Below, piece by piece: positions 10,865 through 23,459 of a stretch of DNA of 64,000 nucleotides; the first letter of the stretch is position 1, and each line of letters begins with the position of its first letter. This stretch comes from Eledone cirrhosa. Taxonomy: Eukaryota. Under the pieces are notes generated by a model. The model saw only the letters and a program-made list of their open reading frames with translations, was not told the origin of the DNA and made no database searches. Position numbers and translations under genes: made by a program. The stretch covers positions 27,838,001 to 27,902,000 of the forward strand of contig OZ024762.1 of NCBI GenBank assembly GCA_964016885.1, given 5' to 3'.

Positions 10865-12417
10865 AAATAATAGAATGAGGGGTGGTTTCAGGCAGTTTGG
10901 TATCAAAAGGTTTAAAATTAACAGTTTGGTATCATATAACCTGAGGCAGTTTCAGGCAGTTTGGTATCAAAAGGTTTAAAATTTACAGTTTGGTATCATA
11001 AAATGAGTGATGGTTTCAGGTAGTTTGGTATTAAAAGGTTTAAAATAAACAGTTCAGTATCAAAGAACCTAAGGTGGTTTCAGGTAGTTTGGTATCAAAA
11101 GTTCTTAAATCAACAGTTCAATATAATAGAATGAGGTGTGGTTTCAGGTAGTTTGGTATCAAAAGGTTTAAAATTAACAGTTTGGTATCATAGAACGAGG
11201 GGTGATATCAGACAGTTTGGAATCAAATAGATTAAAATAAACAGCTCAATATGATAGAACTAGGGGGCAATCTCAGACATCAACATAGAACAATAGGTAA
11301 TCTCAGGCACTTTGGTATCAAAAGGGTTCAAATAAACAGCTCAATAGCATATAAATAAGGGCAGTCTCTTGTCATATCATAGAACTAGGGACAGTCTCAA
11401 GCACTTTGGTATCAAATAGATTAAAATAAACAGCCCAATATCATAGAATTAGGGGCAATCTCTGGCAATATCATAGAGCTAGGGGTAGTATCTGGCAATA
11501 ACATAGAACCAGGGGCATTATCTGGCAATATCATAGAACTAGAGGCAGTATCTGGCAATATCATAGAAGTAGGGGCAGTCTCAGACAGTATCAGAGAGCT
11601 AGAGGCAATCTCAGGCAGTGCAATATCAACTAGGTTAAAATAAATAGCTCAATATCATATAACTAAAGACAGTCATAGACAGAAACATTGATCCAGGGGT
11701 GGTTTCAGGCCATATTATAGAACTGGGGGCAATCTCAGGCCATATTATAGAACTGGGGGCAAACTCAGGGCGTATCATAGAACTAGGGGGAGTCTTAGAC
11801 AGTAGAATATCAACTAGATTAAAATAAATAGCTCAATGTCATAGAACTAGGGGGCAATCTCAAACAGAAACATAGACCCAGGGGTGGTTTCAGGCAGTAT
11901 CATAGAACTGGGGGCAGTCTCAGGCAGTATCATAGAACTGGGGGCAGTCTCAGGCAGTATCATAGAACTGGGGACAGTCTCAGGCAGTATCATAGAACTG
12001 GGGACAGTTTCAAGCAGTATCATAGAACTGGGGGCAGTCTTAGACAGCAACATAGACCCAGGAGTGGTTTCAGGCTGTATCATAGAACTGGGGGCAGTCT
12101 TAGACAGCAACATAGACCCAGGAGTGGTTTCAGGCTGTATCATAGAACTGGGGGCAGTCTTAGACAGAAACATAGAACTGGGGGCAGTCTTAGACAGAAA
12201 CAGAAACCCAGGGGCAGTCTCAGGCAGTATAATAGAACTGGGGGCAGTCTTAGACAGAAACATAGACCCAGGGGCAATCTCAGGCCATATCATACGACTA
12301 GGGGTGGTTTCAGGCTGTATCATAGAACTGGGGGCAGTATCATAGAACTAGGGGCAGTCTTAGACTGCAACATAGACCCAGGGGTGGTTTCATGCAGTTT
12401 GGTATTGAAAGGGTTAA
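10865..12417. repeat. Minisatellite: ~60-bp units grading into 30-bp units (CATAGAACTGGGGGCAGTCTCAGGCAGTAT)
   Basis: Visible tandem periodicity; ends in GGTATTGAAAGGGTTAA, a piggyBac-like terminus. Confidence 0.9.
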
Positions 12418-12659
12418 GTAGAAATGAAATCTTTGAAGTATGTGCGTATGCCATTGTGTAATGACATTTTGTCAACATATGATGGAGCAATAACATAAAG
12501 TACATATTATTGCTGCAATGTCAAAAACAGAAGGTTGCTTATTTAGTTTTGATTTTTTTTTAGGATTGGTTCATTAAACATAATAGTTTGTTTGTTGCTT
12601 TCTTTCTTTCTCTTTCATGTGGCCAATTGTGTGAAGTAACATAACATGTGATTTAATTA

Positions 12660-13290
12660 TCGAATAACAACTACAGCTACTACAACAACGATAATGACAA
12701 TAACAACAGCAATAACAACTATAACAACAACAACTACAATAATGACCATAACAACAACACCAGCTATAGTAAAATAACAACAACTATAACAACAACAACA
12801 CCAGCTATAGTAAAATAATAACAATAACAACAACAACATCAGCTATAGTAAAATAACAACAACAACTATAACAACAACAACACCAGCTAGTTGCCATTAT
12901 TGTTATTATTTTGCTATAGCTGATGTTGTTATAGTTGTTGTTATTGTTATTTTACTATAGCTGGTGTTGTAAATAATAACAATAACAACAACACCAGCTA
13001 TAGTTAAATAATAACAATAACAACAACTATAACAACACCAGCTATAGTTAAATAACAATAACAACAACTATAACAACACCAGCTATAGTTAAATAACAAT
13101 AACAACAACTATAACAACACCAGCTATAGTTAAATAACAATAACAACAACTATAACAACACCAGCTATAGTAAAATAATAACAACAATAATGGCAACTAC
13201 AACAGCAATGACAACTATAACAACAACAACAGTTATAGTAAAATAACAACTACAACAGCAATAACAAAAACAACCACTGCAACAGTACAA
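12660..13290. repeat. AAC-rich minisatellite (CACCAGCTATAGT unit) with an internal inverted segment
   Basis: Tandem units; ~12890-12969 is in reverse orientation. Confidence 0.85.
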
Positions 13291-13609
13291 CCACCTAAAG
13301 TGGTAGTGATGGTGCCATGACAAAACGCCCCAGTCATCCTCCTCCCCCAGGTAGCAGGAGTCTCAAACTCAAGGACTCAAAAAAAAAAAAAGGCCATTTT
13401 GTCCAGAGGAAAAGGCACAGCAGGTTCAAAAGTGAGATGATAGGGGTAGAGGGATGTGTTTTCCAACAGTTATAATTAATGATTTCTGTCTTAGGCACAA
13501 GGCCAGCAATTTTGGTGGATAGGAAAGTCAATTAAATCGACCTCAATGCATAACTGGTACTTTATTTTATTGATCTATGTAATGCTAATCTGCAACACAG
13601 CTGATAGAG

Positions 13610-14100
13610 TCTGTCTCCAGCCTGGAGGCTCATCAGGCCACTACTTATCCCGGTTTCTGTAGCATTAAGCGACTGAAAGTAGAAGACTCCCTCCTGGCCA
13701 GGATGCCAGTCCATTGTAGGGTTAACTCACCCACCACCCTCCCTACAGCTATTGCTGGTACTCATTTTCAGCTGAGTCTACTGGAGCAATGTGAAATGAA
13801 ATGTTTTTCTCAAGGACACAACCCACAACCCAGCCCAGGAATCGAACCCATAACATTATGATTGTAAGTTCAACACCCTTACCACTTAGCCATGCTAGAC
13901 ACCCTACTGAACATGATGCCAGTCCATCGCAGGGTTAAACCCCCAGCTATTGCTGGTACTCATTTTCAGCTTAGTCCACTGGAACAATGTGAAATGATAT
14001 GTTTTGTTCAAGAACACAACACACAACCCAGTCCAGGAATCAAACCCATGACATTATGATTATAAGTCCAACACCCTTACCACTAGGCCACACGCCTCCA
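13610..14100 (-). mobile_element. tRNA-derived SINE (two tandem head-plus-core units) with a non-RTE tail
   Basis: A-box TGGCCTAGTGG/TGGCTAAGTGG and B-box GGTTCGATTCC on the minus strand; core shared with the 22705 SINE. Confidence 0.75.
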
Positions 14101-14412
14101 CTAATACAGCTAATAGACTGTTATTTATTTAATACTTAATACTTCTGAAGCTGCAAGTGCATAGAAGATGCATAGAAAAAAATTACCAAATTTTTGGAAA
14201 ATATTAGTCACAAGAACGGTTATGCTATAGTTTGCAGACTGCATGAAGCCTCTGGGCCAACGTGCTTCAGCTCTCTGTGGTATGGGGTGGGGAGTGAAGT
14301 CATGATATTGAAAGATGAAGTTAAATACGTCTAAGGTTATTTATTGTGAATCAGAGCAGGATTGACTTATAACGTCCTCTATCACATGAAGTCGCATTAG
14401 CATTATTTTAAA

Positions 14413-14449
<37 letters not shown>

Positions 14450-14666
14450 GTAATAATAAATAGATAAACGAAAAATAAATAACATCATTGAAATCAACAA
14501 CAACAACAAAATCAACGTTACTGAGCTGTGATTGGTAGGGTGGGTTGGGATGGTGAGGCTGGAGGGAAATTGGTTTCTATTTCTTCACTTAAGTGCTGGG
14601 AGTTTCTGAAAAAAACTTGACATATGTGTGTGTGTGTGTGTGTTTATATATATGTACATATATATG

Positions 14667-14730
<64 letters not shown>

Positions 14731-14828
14731 GACATACATACACTGATAAGTGCACACCCATATGTATATATAGTAATGGATGGGTGTATATACGACTGTA
14801 TACACATTTGTGTATATATCTATATCTA

Positions 14829-14864
<36 letters not shown>

Positions 14865-15040
14865 ATGACTAATAGAAGATATCCAGTTACTTCTCACATC
14901 AATAGTTATTTAACTCTACATACAATACTTAGGGAGAGACAACAACAACAGTAACAAAACAACAGTGATATGATTTTGGTCCATGGGAAACTTTCTTATA
15001 ACACTCCCTATTCAGATTACATAATATATTTGTGTATATT

Positions 15041-15077
<37 letters not shown>

Positions 15078-15081
<4 letters not shown>

Positions 15082-15292
15082 TTAATATAGAAGATCTTCT
15101 ACAGGACTAGAACTGTTTCATATATGTATATATATATATATATATACATATTTTAATCCAGAATTAGCCGTCAAAACGGCTTGAGCTCAGCCGTCGGGGT
15201 CCGACTCGTTCCTATTTCCCACTCTACTACCCTAAGTATTGAGTACTTTGGTGCGTTATGGTCCACCTGGTTCCTTACCACATTTCCTTCGT

Positions 15293-15328
<36 letters not shown>

Positions 15329-16025
15329 CACATATTTGTATGTATGTATATATATGTGTATATATTTGTATGTGTGTATGTACCATTATGTATGTTTGTT
15401 GTGTGTGTGCCTGCCTGTGTGTGCGTGTGTGTATGTGTGTGTACGTGTGTAAGTGGGCGAGTGTGTGAATGTGTTTGTCCACACCTGGAATATATATTAA
15501 GAGAAACTTCACAATAGGGGGAATCACCCCAACACTTGAATCTGTTGATGGAACCCTTTCTGCCTTTGTCACCCTTATTCCAGCCTTAAAGAATTGGCTT
15601 CTACAGAATTTCCCTTTTCTTTTAACCATTGAACCCCACCCATCCTGTAGACACCTGTCTTACAGCCATTGTTATTCTAAGTGATAAACTAGGATTGGTA
15701 TTCCAAATGTGATTTGGTTTACAGTATTCTTTCTGCCTTCGTTAATACTATAGCTTTAAAGAATTAGCTTTTAATGAACTCCCTTTTCTTTAAATCCTTC
15801 AACCAATGACCTCCACCCATCCCAATTCCCACCCTCCCCTACCACCAGAAAAGAAAAGACATAAATACCACTACTTACTTGGACAGCCAGCTCCCTGATG
15901 ATTTCTCACGAATGAAACAGTTTTAGTCCTGTAGAAGCTCTTCTATATTAAAACTTTTATACTCTGCTATGTATTGAGTACCTTACTTACTGTGGTTACC
16001 TCCGATTCAACCGGGAATAATGTAC
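15078..16025. mobile_element. PLE remnant: inverted pseudo-LTR fragments (15078-15121 and 15912-15955) around a degenerate coding piece, with a nested pLTR at 15155-15293
   Basis: Inverted ~44-bp match; CUGAUGA-UUC UCAC GAA-GAAA core at 15895-15917; related pLTR at ~42900-43020 (minus strand). Confidence 0.55.
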
Positions 16026-17607
16026 TATATATATACATATGTATGTATAGGTACATTTTTAAATATATATATATATATATATGTATATGTACATATATAT
16101 ATATATGTATATGTACATATATATATATGTATATGTATGTATATGTACATATATGTATTTGTATATATGTATATATATATATATATGTATATATGTATAT
16201 GTATATATGTATATATATGTATATGTATATATGTATATATATATGTATATATGCATATATATATGTATATATATATGTATATGTATATATGGTCGGGTCG
16301 TTGGCGACTAAACTGGCAACCCCACCAAGGTTTCTTGGTGAGGAGGGTGACTTTGGACATCCTGCAGGACTAAAAACAAAACCTGTCAAAGGGCAAAGGA
16401 GCTCTTAAGAGTCAATGGCCATCCAAAATCACCGGGAGAGATGACCCCTTAGCCTTTGTCAAGGCAGAATTCTAGGAGAAGGAAAACTCTGATATAACAC
16501 CTGCAACCCTGATGGTATCCAATGATGTTGACTTGTTCTTCTTTTTGGTAAATATCATCTTGGTTAAGAGAGTGGGACTGGCTTTGTGCAGTGCCTTTGC
16601 TCACTATAAAAGCTTCACGGCACAGGCATTGCTTTATATCTGGAGATCTCTCTGCACTTGTCGTCACATGGTACCATGGGCCCAGCACTATGTGTCAGTA
16701 ATTGTCACAAGTGTAGTGTTTGTACCAGAGTTTTCAAGTCGCTGGCTGGACTAAAAAGTCACACTCGTTCAGCGCATCGGTAGGGGTTCTCCTACATGGA
16801 TATAAAGTAGTGGCCGTACTCGAAAACGAGTTGGCAGCCACCATATGTATATATGTATATATATATACATATATATATGTATATATGTATATATATATAT
16901 AGATATAGATAGGTAAATATACACGGGTGTGTATGATTGTGTATAGAAGATTATATTAATAAGAGGAATTCCAACTTTGTCTGATTTACTCGTTTTATTT
17001 ACAATCCTTTAAAATATATAATGGTATTATCATGAAATAGTATGATAGAATATTAAATTCTAAGTGTTAATTGAACAAGTACTTTCATGCTTTCGCAATC
17101 TTCAGGTTCATAATGTGTGGTGACAGTCAATTTAGCAATTTTCAACTGTGTATATATATATATGTATATATATATATGTATATGTATACATGTATATATA
17201 TATATGTGTGTATATGTATATATGTATATATATATGTGTATATGTATATATGTATATATATATGTATATATGTATATATATATATATGTAATAGGAACCA
17301 GTAAGACCCCGACAGCTGAGCTCAAGCCGTTTCGACGGCTAATTCTGGACTCATATATATATATACATGTATATGTATATTTATATGTATATGTATATAT
17401 ATATGTATATTTAAATATATATGTATATATATATATATATGTATATGTATACATATATATGTATATGTATACATATATATGTATATCTACATATATATAT
17501 GTATATATATTTATGTATATATATATATATATTTATATATATATGTATATATATATATATATTTATATGTATATATATATATTTATATATATATATTAGC
17601 TTAGCTT

Positions 17608-17751
17608 TTGTTAGCTTTTGTTGACTTGGAGAAAGCCTTCGACAGAGTCCCCCGTTCCATTATCTGGTGGGCTCTTAGAAAACTAGGTGTTGACGAATGG
17701 CTTGTGAGAGCTATACAAGCCATGTATAAAGAAACAGTCAGCAAGGTTAGA
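17608..17751 (+). pseudogene. RTE RT fragment (subfamily 2)
   Basis: [26 protein letters not shown]; matches 51550-51690. Confidence 0.85.
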
Positions 17752-18066
17752 CATCATAAAAAGGTAATTTATTCTGTGTGCTTACAAATGTTTCCACAAT
17801 GGTTATACAGCCTAGTTATGCTATGTGCAAATTTATTTTTGGATTTTAAGATGTAAAAGAGTTCAAGGTTACATAACCTACAGTACTTCAATCCACTCCG
17901 ATATGCACTAGCGCTGGAAAGTATATCCCATTTTAAGGTGAACTGTTGGTTGCCACATTATATATATATATATGTATATATGTATATATGTTATATATGT
18001 ATATATGTATATATATACATGTATATATGTATATATATATATGTATGTATATATATGAATATATGT

Positions 18067-18098
<32 letters not shown>

Positions 18099-21000
18099 TT
18101 TATGCCCGCTTTTCCCTGCTTGCAAGGGTGGGACGGGTCTTATTCAGCACAGCATCTCTCCACTTCGTCATCTCCACCGTGAGCTTCAGCAATCTGAGGT
18201 CTGTTCTCACCACCTCCGCCCATGTTTTTCGTGGTCTACCTCTACCACGTCTTCCTTCAACTGGTATTTCCCGGCACTTCTTCACCCATCGGTCATCCTG
18301 CATGCGCATCACATGTTCATACCACCTCAGTCTTCTCTCTTGCACACTACATTCTATCCCTCTCAGACACAGTTTCTCCCTCAACACATTCATGCTGGGT
18401 CGTTCACGCACATTGACATTGCACATCCAGCGGAGCATGCTTGCTTCATTTCTCTCCAGCTGTCGCATATCCTCTGCAGTTGCTGCCCATGTCTCACTAC
18501 CATGCAACATCGCGCTCCTCACACAGGCATCATATAACCGGCCTTTCATAAGCAGGGAGAAACCCTTGTTCATCAGCAGAGGAAGCAGCTCCCTAAACTT
18601 CTTCCAACCCGTCCTTATTCTAGATACTATGGTCTCGGAACACCCTCCTCCCATGCTAATCTGATCTCCTAGGTACCAGAAGCTAACCACCATTTCTATA
18701 GCACCCACCTGCATTTGAAAAATGTGTCTATCAATGCAACTTCTACTGTCTAATTTCCCTGTACATCTACTGCATACATATTTCTCCCTACCTGTTAGTT
18801 TGCCTGCTATCCTGCTACATCTCTTGTGTACCCAGGATCTGCATTGTGTGCATTTTATAGAATTTATGCCAGTTCCTTTTGTGCATATCGAACATGGCCA
18901 TTTCCCTGACGGAATCAGAGTTTTGTCCTCTTTTCTACTCATCAACACTTTTGTCTTAGCTAGGTTCACTCTCAGTCCTCTTGCTTCCAACTGCTGTTTC
19001 CATAGCCAGAATTTATTCTCTAGCTCCTCTACTGATTTTGCTATAAGAACCAGATCGTCAGCATAGAGAAGTTCCCATGGACAGCCAGTCTTAAACACCT
19101 CTGTTATGGCTTGGAGGACTATAATGAACAAGAGCAGGCTGAGGACCTCACCTTGATGTCTGGAATTCCTCACTAAACTCCATTCCTACCCTTACTTTAC
19201 TGGCAGCACCTCTGTACAAAGTTTGCACTGTCCTCACAAGCCATTCCTCAACACCTAGTTTCCTTAGGGACCACCAGATGACAGATCGGGGTACCCTAGC
19301 AAAGGCCTTCTCTAGGTCAACAAAGGCTAAGTATAGTGGCTTATTCTTCTCTAAGAACCTCTCTTGTAATTGTCTCACCAAGAAGAGGGCATCTGTTGTA
19401 CTCTTCCCAGGCACAAAACCAAACTGCATCTCATCTAGTTTGACCCTTTCTCTAATTAGTTGTGCTAATATCCTTTCTGCCACTTTCATAACCTGATCCA
19501 TCAGTTTTATACCCCTATAATTGCTCCTCTCCAGAACATCCCCTTTACCATTGTAGCAATTTATGAGAATACTGCTGCACCAGTCTTTGGGTATGACACC
19601 ACCAAATATAGCCTGATTGATGATGCGTGCAACCAGTTTAGTGCCTACTTCTCCTGAAGCCTTCAGCATCTCAGCAACTATCCCCGATGGTCCAGCAGCC
19701 TTGCCATTTTTCATTTCCTTAATCGCCTCTTGGACCCTATATTCGTCAATCTCAATAACTGGTCCCTCTGTTGGATCAACTGAGGGTAGTTTCTCTCTCT
19801 CCCATTCGTTCTCCACATTCATCAGTCTCTCATAATGACATTTCCAGGCCTCCTTTTTCTGATCATTCGTGACACTAAGTTCACCGGCATCATTCCGGAC
19901 ACATTTATCTCCAGCAACATCCTGATTTGTATTGACACACTGCTTTGCAATGTGGAACACCGCAAGCCTCTGATCTTCCCGTCGCAGTACATTGGCAAAC
20001 CTCCTACTCTCAGCCTCCCTGCGTGCTAAGTACACCTGACGTCTAGCTAATCTCTTAGTGGCTGTATATCCTTCTCTACTGCCAACCTTTTTCCAAGCCT
20101 TCTATGCTAGTTGTGTGTCTCTAATGGCCCTATCTACTGTGCTGTTCCACCACCAGGTCACTCGCTGTCTGGTTGGAGCTCTGCTCCAGCCACAAGTTTC
20201 ATCAGTAACCTGCAGTAAGTTGTCACATAAGAAATTCCAGTTATTATCTATGTCATACGTCTCTAAATCGTCTTCTTTTTCGTCATACACATCTTGAAAG
20301 GCTTTCCTAAATTTGTATTTTAGTGAAAGGTCTTTTAGCTTCCAGACCTTTCTTCTCCACACCTTCCTGTATGTCTCATTCCATCTCTTGCTTACTGAGA
20401 TATAACTAACGACTAACCTATGCTGTGGGGTACATTCTTCCCCAGGGTATGCCTTGGGATTAGACACCATCTGCCTGTCCTGCTGCCAAACTAGTAAGAA
20501 GTCAATCTGGCTTATGTGCTCGCCAGATTTGTAGGTTTTTAGGTGATTGGCAGGTTTCTGGAAGTTAGTGTTGCAAATAGTCAGTGTACTTGCATCACAA
20601 AATTCAAGAAATCTCACTCCTTCTTCATTTCTTGAGCCGTAACCATTCCCACCATGTACCCCAGTGTAACCATCCTGGAGCTGTCCAACATCACCATTGA
20701 AGTCCCCTGCTAGCATAACAATGTCTCCGTCCTCTGTCATTGCGGTTGTTTGTAAAAGTTGCTCGTAAAAACAGTCTTTCTCTTCTTTTCCTAGGCCTGT
20801 TTGGGGAGCATAGGCAGAGATGATTGTCAGTAGTCTCCTGCCTACAACTAATCTAAGCTTAATTATTCGATTACTAACTCGAACTACCTCTATTGTCTTA
20901 TTGATCCCTCTCTGAGCCAGGAAAATGCCTACTCCCCCTAACCCATCATCCTTACCTACCCAGAAAAGCTTATAACTAAGACGTTTGCCTGTGATTCGTC

Positions 21001-21335
21001 TTGCAGAGGCACCTCTCCATCTCACCTCTTGCACGCAGCACACATCCACATGCCTTCTCTCCAGCATCCCAGCTATTTCAGCAGATCTACCTCTGAGAGT
21101 GCCAACATTAAGTGTTGCAACTCTGAGATGCGACGTCTTCATATTTTGTTGTTCCTATATACTTGTGCTGTGCTTATAATCGTTTTAGCATTGATACACT
21201 GGTTGGATGCCCTTCCTAACACCAGTGCCACTTTACAGCATGGACTGGGTGCTTTTATTTGTGCCACCAGCACTAGAGAGGATGTCTTACTGGACTCATG
21301 GGCCCTCTCTACCCCTCCATTTTACAGCATGGTCA
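18067..21335 (-). mobile_element. Near full-length RTE-clade LINE (subfamily 1), disrupted; APE, RT and PHD-like finger; (GAT)n tail
   Basis: ORFs 20102-21142 (APE: NVGTL, QEVRW, GDFN, QHR), 19148-20035 and 18100-19173 (RT, YADD); stop and deletions; tail at 18067-18097. Confidence 0.92.
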
Positions 21336-21714
21336 TAAAAAAATGAAAAAAACACTTATTGACACTCACGGCACACACACTCACTCACACACCAACACTC
21401 ATGCATACATACACACACACCACTCACACACCAACACTCATGCATACAAACACACATACCACTCATACACACACATACATATATATATATATTACTGTCA
21501 GTACTGATGCAAAATCAAAATCATCTCAACTGTTGGCTTTTCCAGTTCAGTTTTTATATAATAATAATTGTTTGCTTTACAGCAAACAGCAACGGCTCTC
21601 CATTCTCCGGGCCCCAAAACAAGGCACTAGCAATGCGCTGGGACAATCGCTGCCCCATGCCAAGAACAGAATAGTTATTTGGTATTATTATTATAGTTGT
21701 TTTAAGGCCTGATC

Positions 21715-22425
21715 GCTGGTGATGGTGGTGGTGGTGGATGGTGCCAGTGAGGATGGTGGTGGTGGATAGTGTCAGTGATGGTGGTGGTGGTGGATGGTGT
21801 CGGTGGTGGTGGTGGTGGTGGATGGTGTCAGTGATGGTGGTGGTAGTGGTGGTGGTGAAGGTGGTGGTGGTAGTGGTGGATAGTGTCAGTGATGGTGGTG
21901 GATGGTGCCAGTGAGGGTGGCGGTGGTGGTGGTCGATGGTGTCGGTGATGGTGGTGGTGGATGGTGTCAGTGATGGTGATGGTGATGGTGGAGGATGGTG
22001 TCACTGATGGTGATGGTAGTGGTGGTGGATGGTGTCAGTGGTGGTGATGGTGGTATTAGTGGTGGTGGCGTAGGTGGTGGATGTTGTCAGTGATGGAGGT
22101 GGTGGTGGATGGTGCCAGTGAGGGTGGTGGTGGTGAAGGTGGTGGATGGTGTCGGTGATGGTGATGGTGGTGGCGGTGGATGGTGTCAGTGATGGTGGTG
22201 GTGGTGGATAGTGTCAGTGATGGTGATGGTGGTGTTAGTGGTGGTGGCGAAGGTGGTGGATGTTGTCAGTGATGGAGGTGGTGGTGGATGGTGCCAGTGA
22301 GGGTGGTGGTGGTGAAGGTGGTGCATGGTGTCGGTGATGGTGGTGGTGGTGGTGGATGGTGTCAGTGATAGTGGTGGCAGTTGTTGCTGTTGTTGTTGTT
22401 GTTGTTGTTGTGTTGTTGTTGTTCA
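21715..22425. repeat. (GGT)n-rich degenerate repeat (GGATGGTGTCAGTGAT unit) followed by (GTT)n
   Basis: Visible in sequence. Confidence 0.9.
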
Positions 22426-22704
22426 TTTCACTGATGCTGCTGCTGCAGGCAATGGTGTTGTTGGTGTTGTCGATGTTGCTGTTGTTGTAGTTGCTGGGTT
22501 GAAATTTTGAAATTTGTTCGCTTCGCATTTGAGATATATACACATACATATATATACATACACATATATATATACACACACATTCAACACAGACAATGGT
22601 GTTGTTGCTGTTGTTGTTGTTTCTGGCACTGTTGTTGTAGTTGTTGCCGTGTTGAAATCTGGTTGCATGGACTGAGATATATATATATATATAAATACAT
22701 ATAT

Positions 22705-23043
22705 GGAGGCACATGGCTTAGTGGTTAGAGCATTGGCCTTGCAATCGAAAGGTTGTGAGTTCAATTCTCCAACCGGGTGATGTGTTGTTTCCTTGAGCAA
22801 GACACTTTATTTCACATTGTTTCAGTTTACTCAGCTGTAGAAATGAGATGATAGGGACTGGGGTCCCTATCATTCCACTGCAAAGTGGTCGTGGAGGTGC
22901 CACGGCAAAAAGGCACCCAGCACTCACTGTAAATGAGGTTGGTGTTAGGAAGGGCATCCAGCTGTAGAAATCAAGCCAGAATCAGTTCCCGTCCCACCCT
23001 TGCAAGCAGGGAAAAGTGGACGTAAAATGAAATGATGAATGAT
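22705..23043 (+). mobile_element. tRNA-head SINE with RTE-derived middle body and RTE 3' tail (further copies 40126-40470, 42485-42835, 59118-59500)
   Basis: A-box TGGCTTAGTGG, B-box GAGTTCAATTC; tail CCCGTCCCACCCTTGCAAGCAGGGAAAAG matches the RTE 3' end. Confidence 0.85.
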
Positions 23044-23459
23044 ACACACACATACATATATATACACACACATTCAACAAAGGAGTTAGGAGTTTGTCAA
23101 CAGGTTAGACATCTTAGTGTAGATAGGGTAATGACTTATGTGGTGGTAGTGGGGAGCAAGTGTAGATGTTATTGTGGTGGCGGCAGGGGGCAGTGAGATG
23201 TATCAAGTTCAAGTTCATAGTTCACTTGTCCCTTTTCCTCTCCTTTCAAAATTTTATCGACCCCGTAAGGATGAAAGGCAAAGTTAACCTCGGTGGGATT
23301 TGAACTTAGTCCGTAAAGGGACGTAACTGTGCTGCAAAGCATGGCATCTGACCCTCTACCAATACTGCCACTGGGTAATTGGAACAACTATTAGGGCCAT
23401 TAATATTTATTAAGCACTATTCCAAAGATTCACCACAACATCTTTCCATAACATGGAAC

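Noticed and set aside
11847-12345. 10-aa repeat protein on either strand
   Set aside because: A stop-free 30-bp minisatellite open on both strands; appears to derive from a MITE terminus.
13615-13645. Hammerhead (CUGAUGA-GCC UCCA GGC on the minus strand)
   Set aside because: No GAAA half or stems I/III; part of a SINE tail.
16290-16842. Possible HDV-like ribozyme or LINE 5' UTR
   Set aside because: Looks like a retroelement UTR fragment, but I could not build the nested double pseudoknot by eye; left unclassified.
22705-22785. tRNA gene
   Set aside because: A and B boxes are present but there is no complete acceptor stem, and it continues into a multi-copy SINE body.
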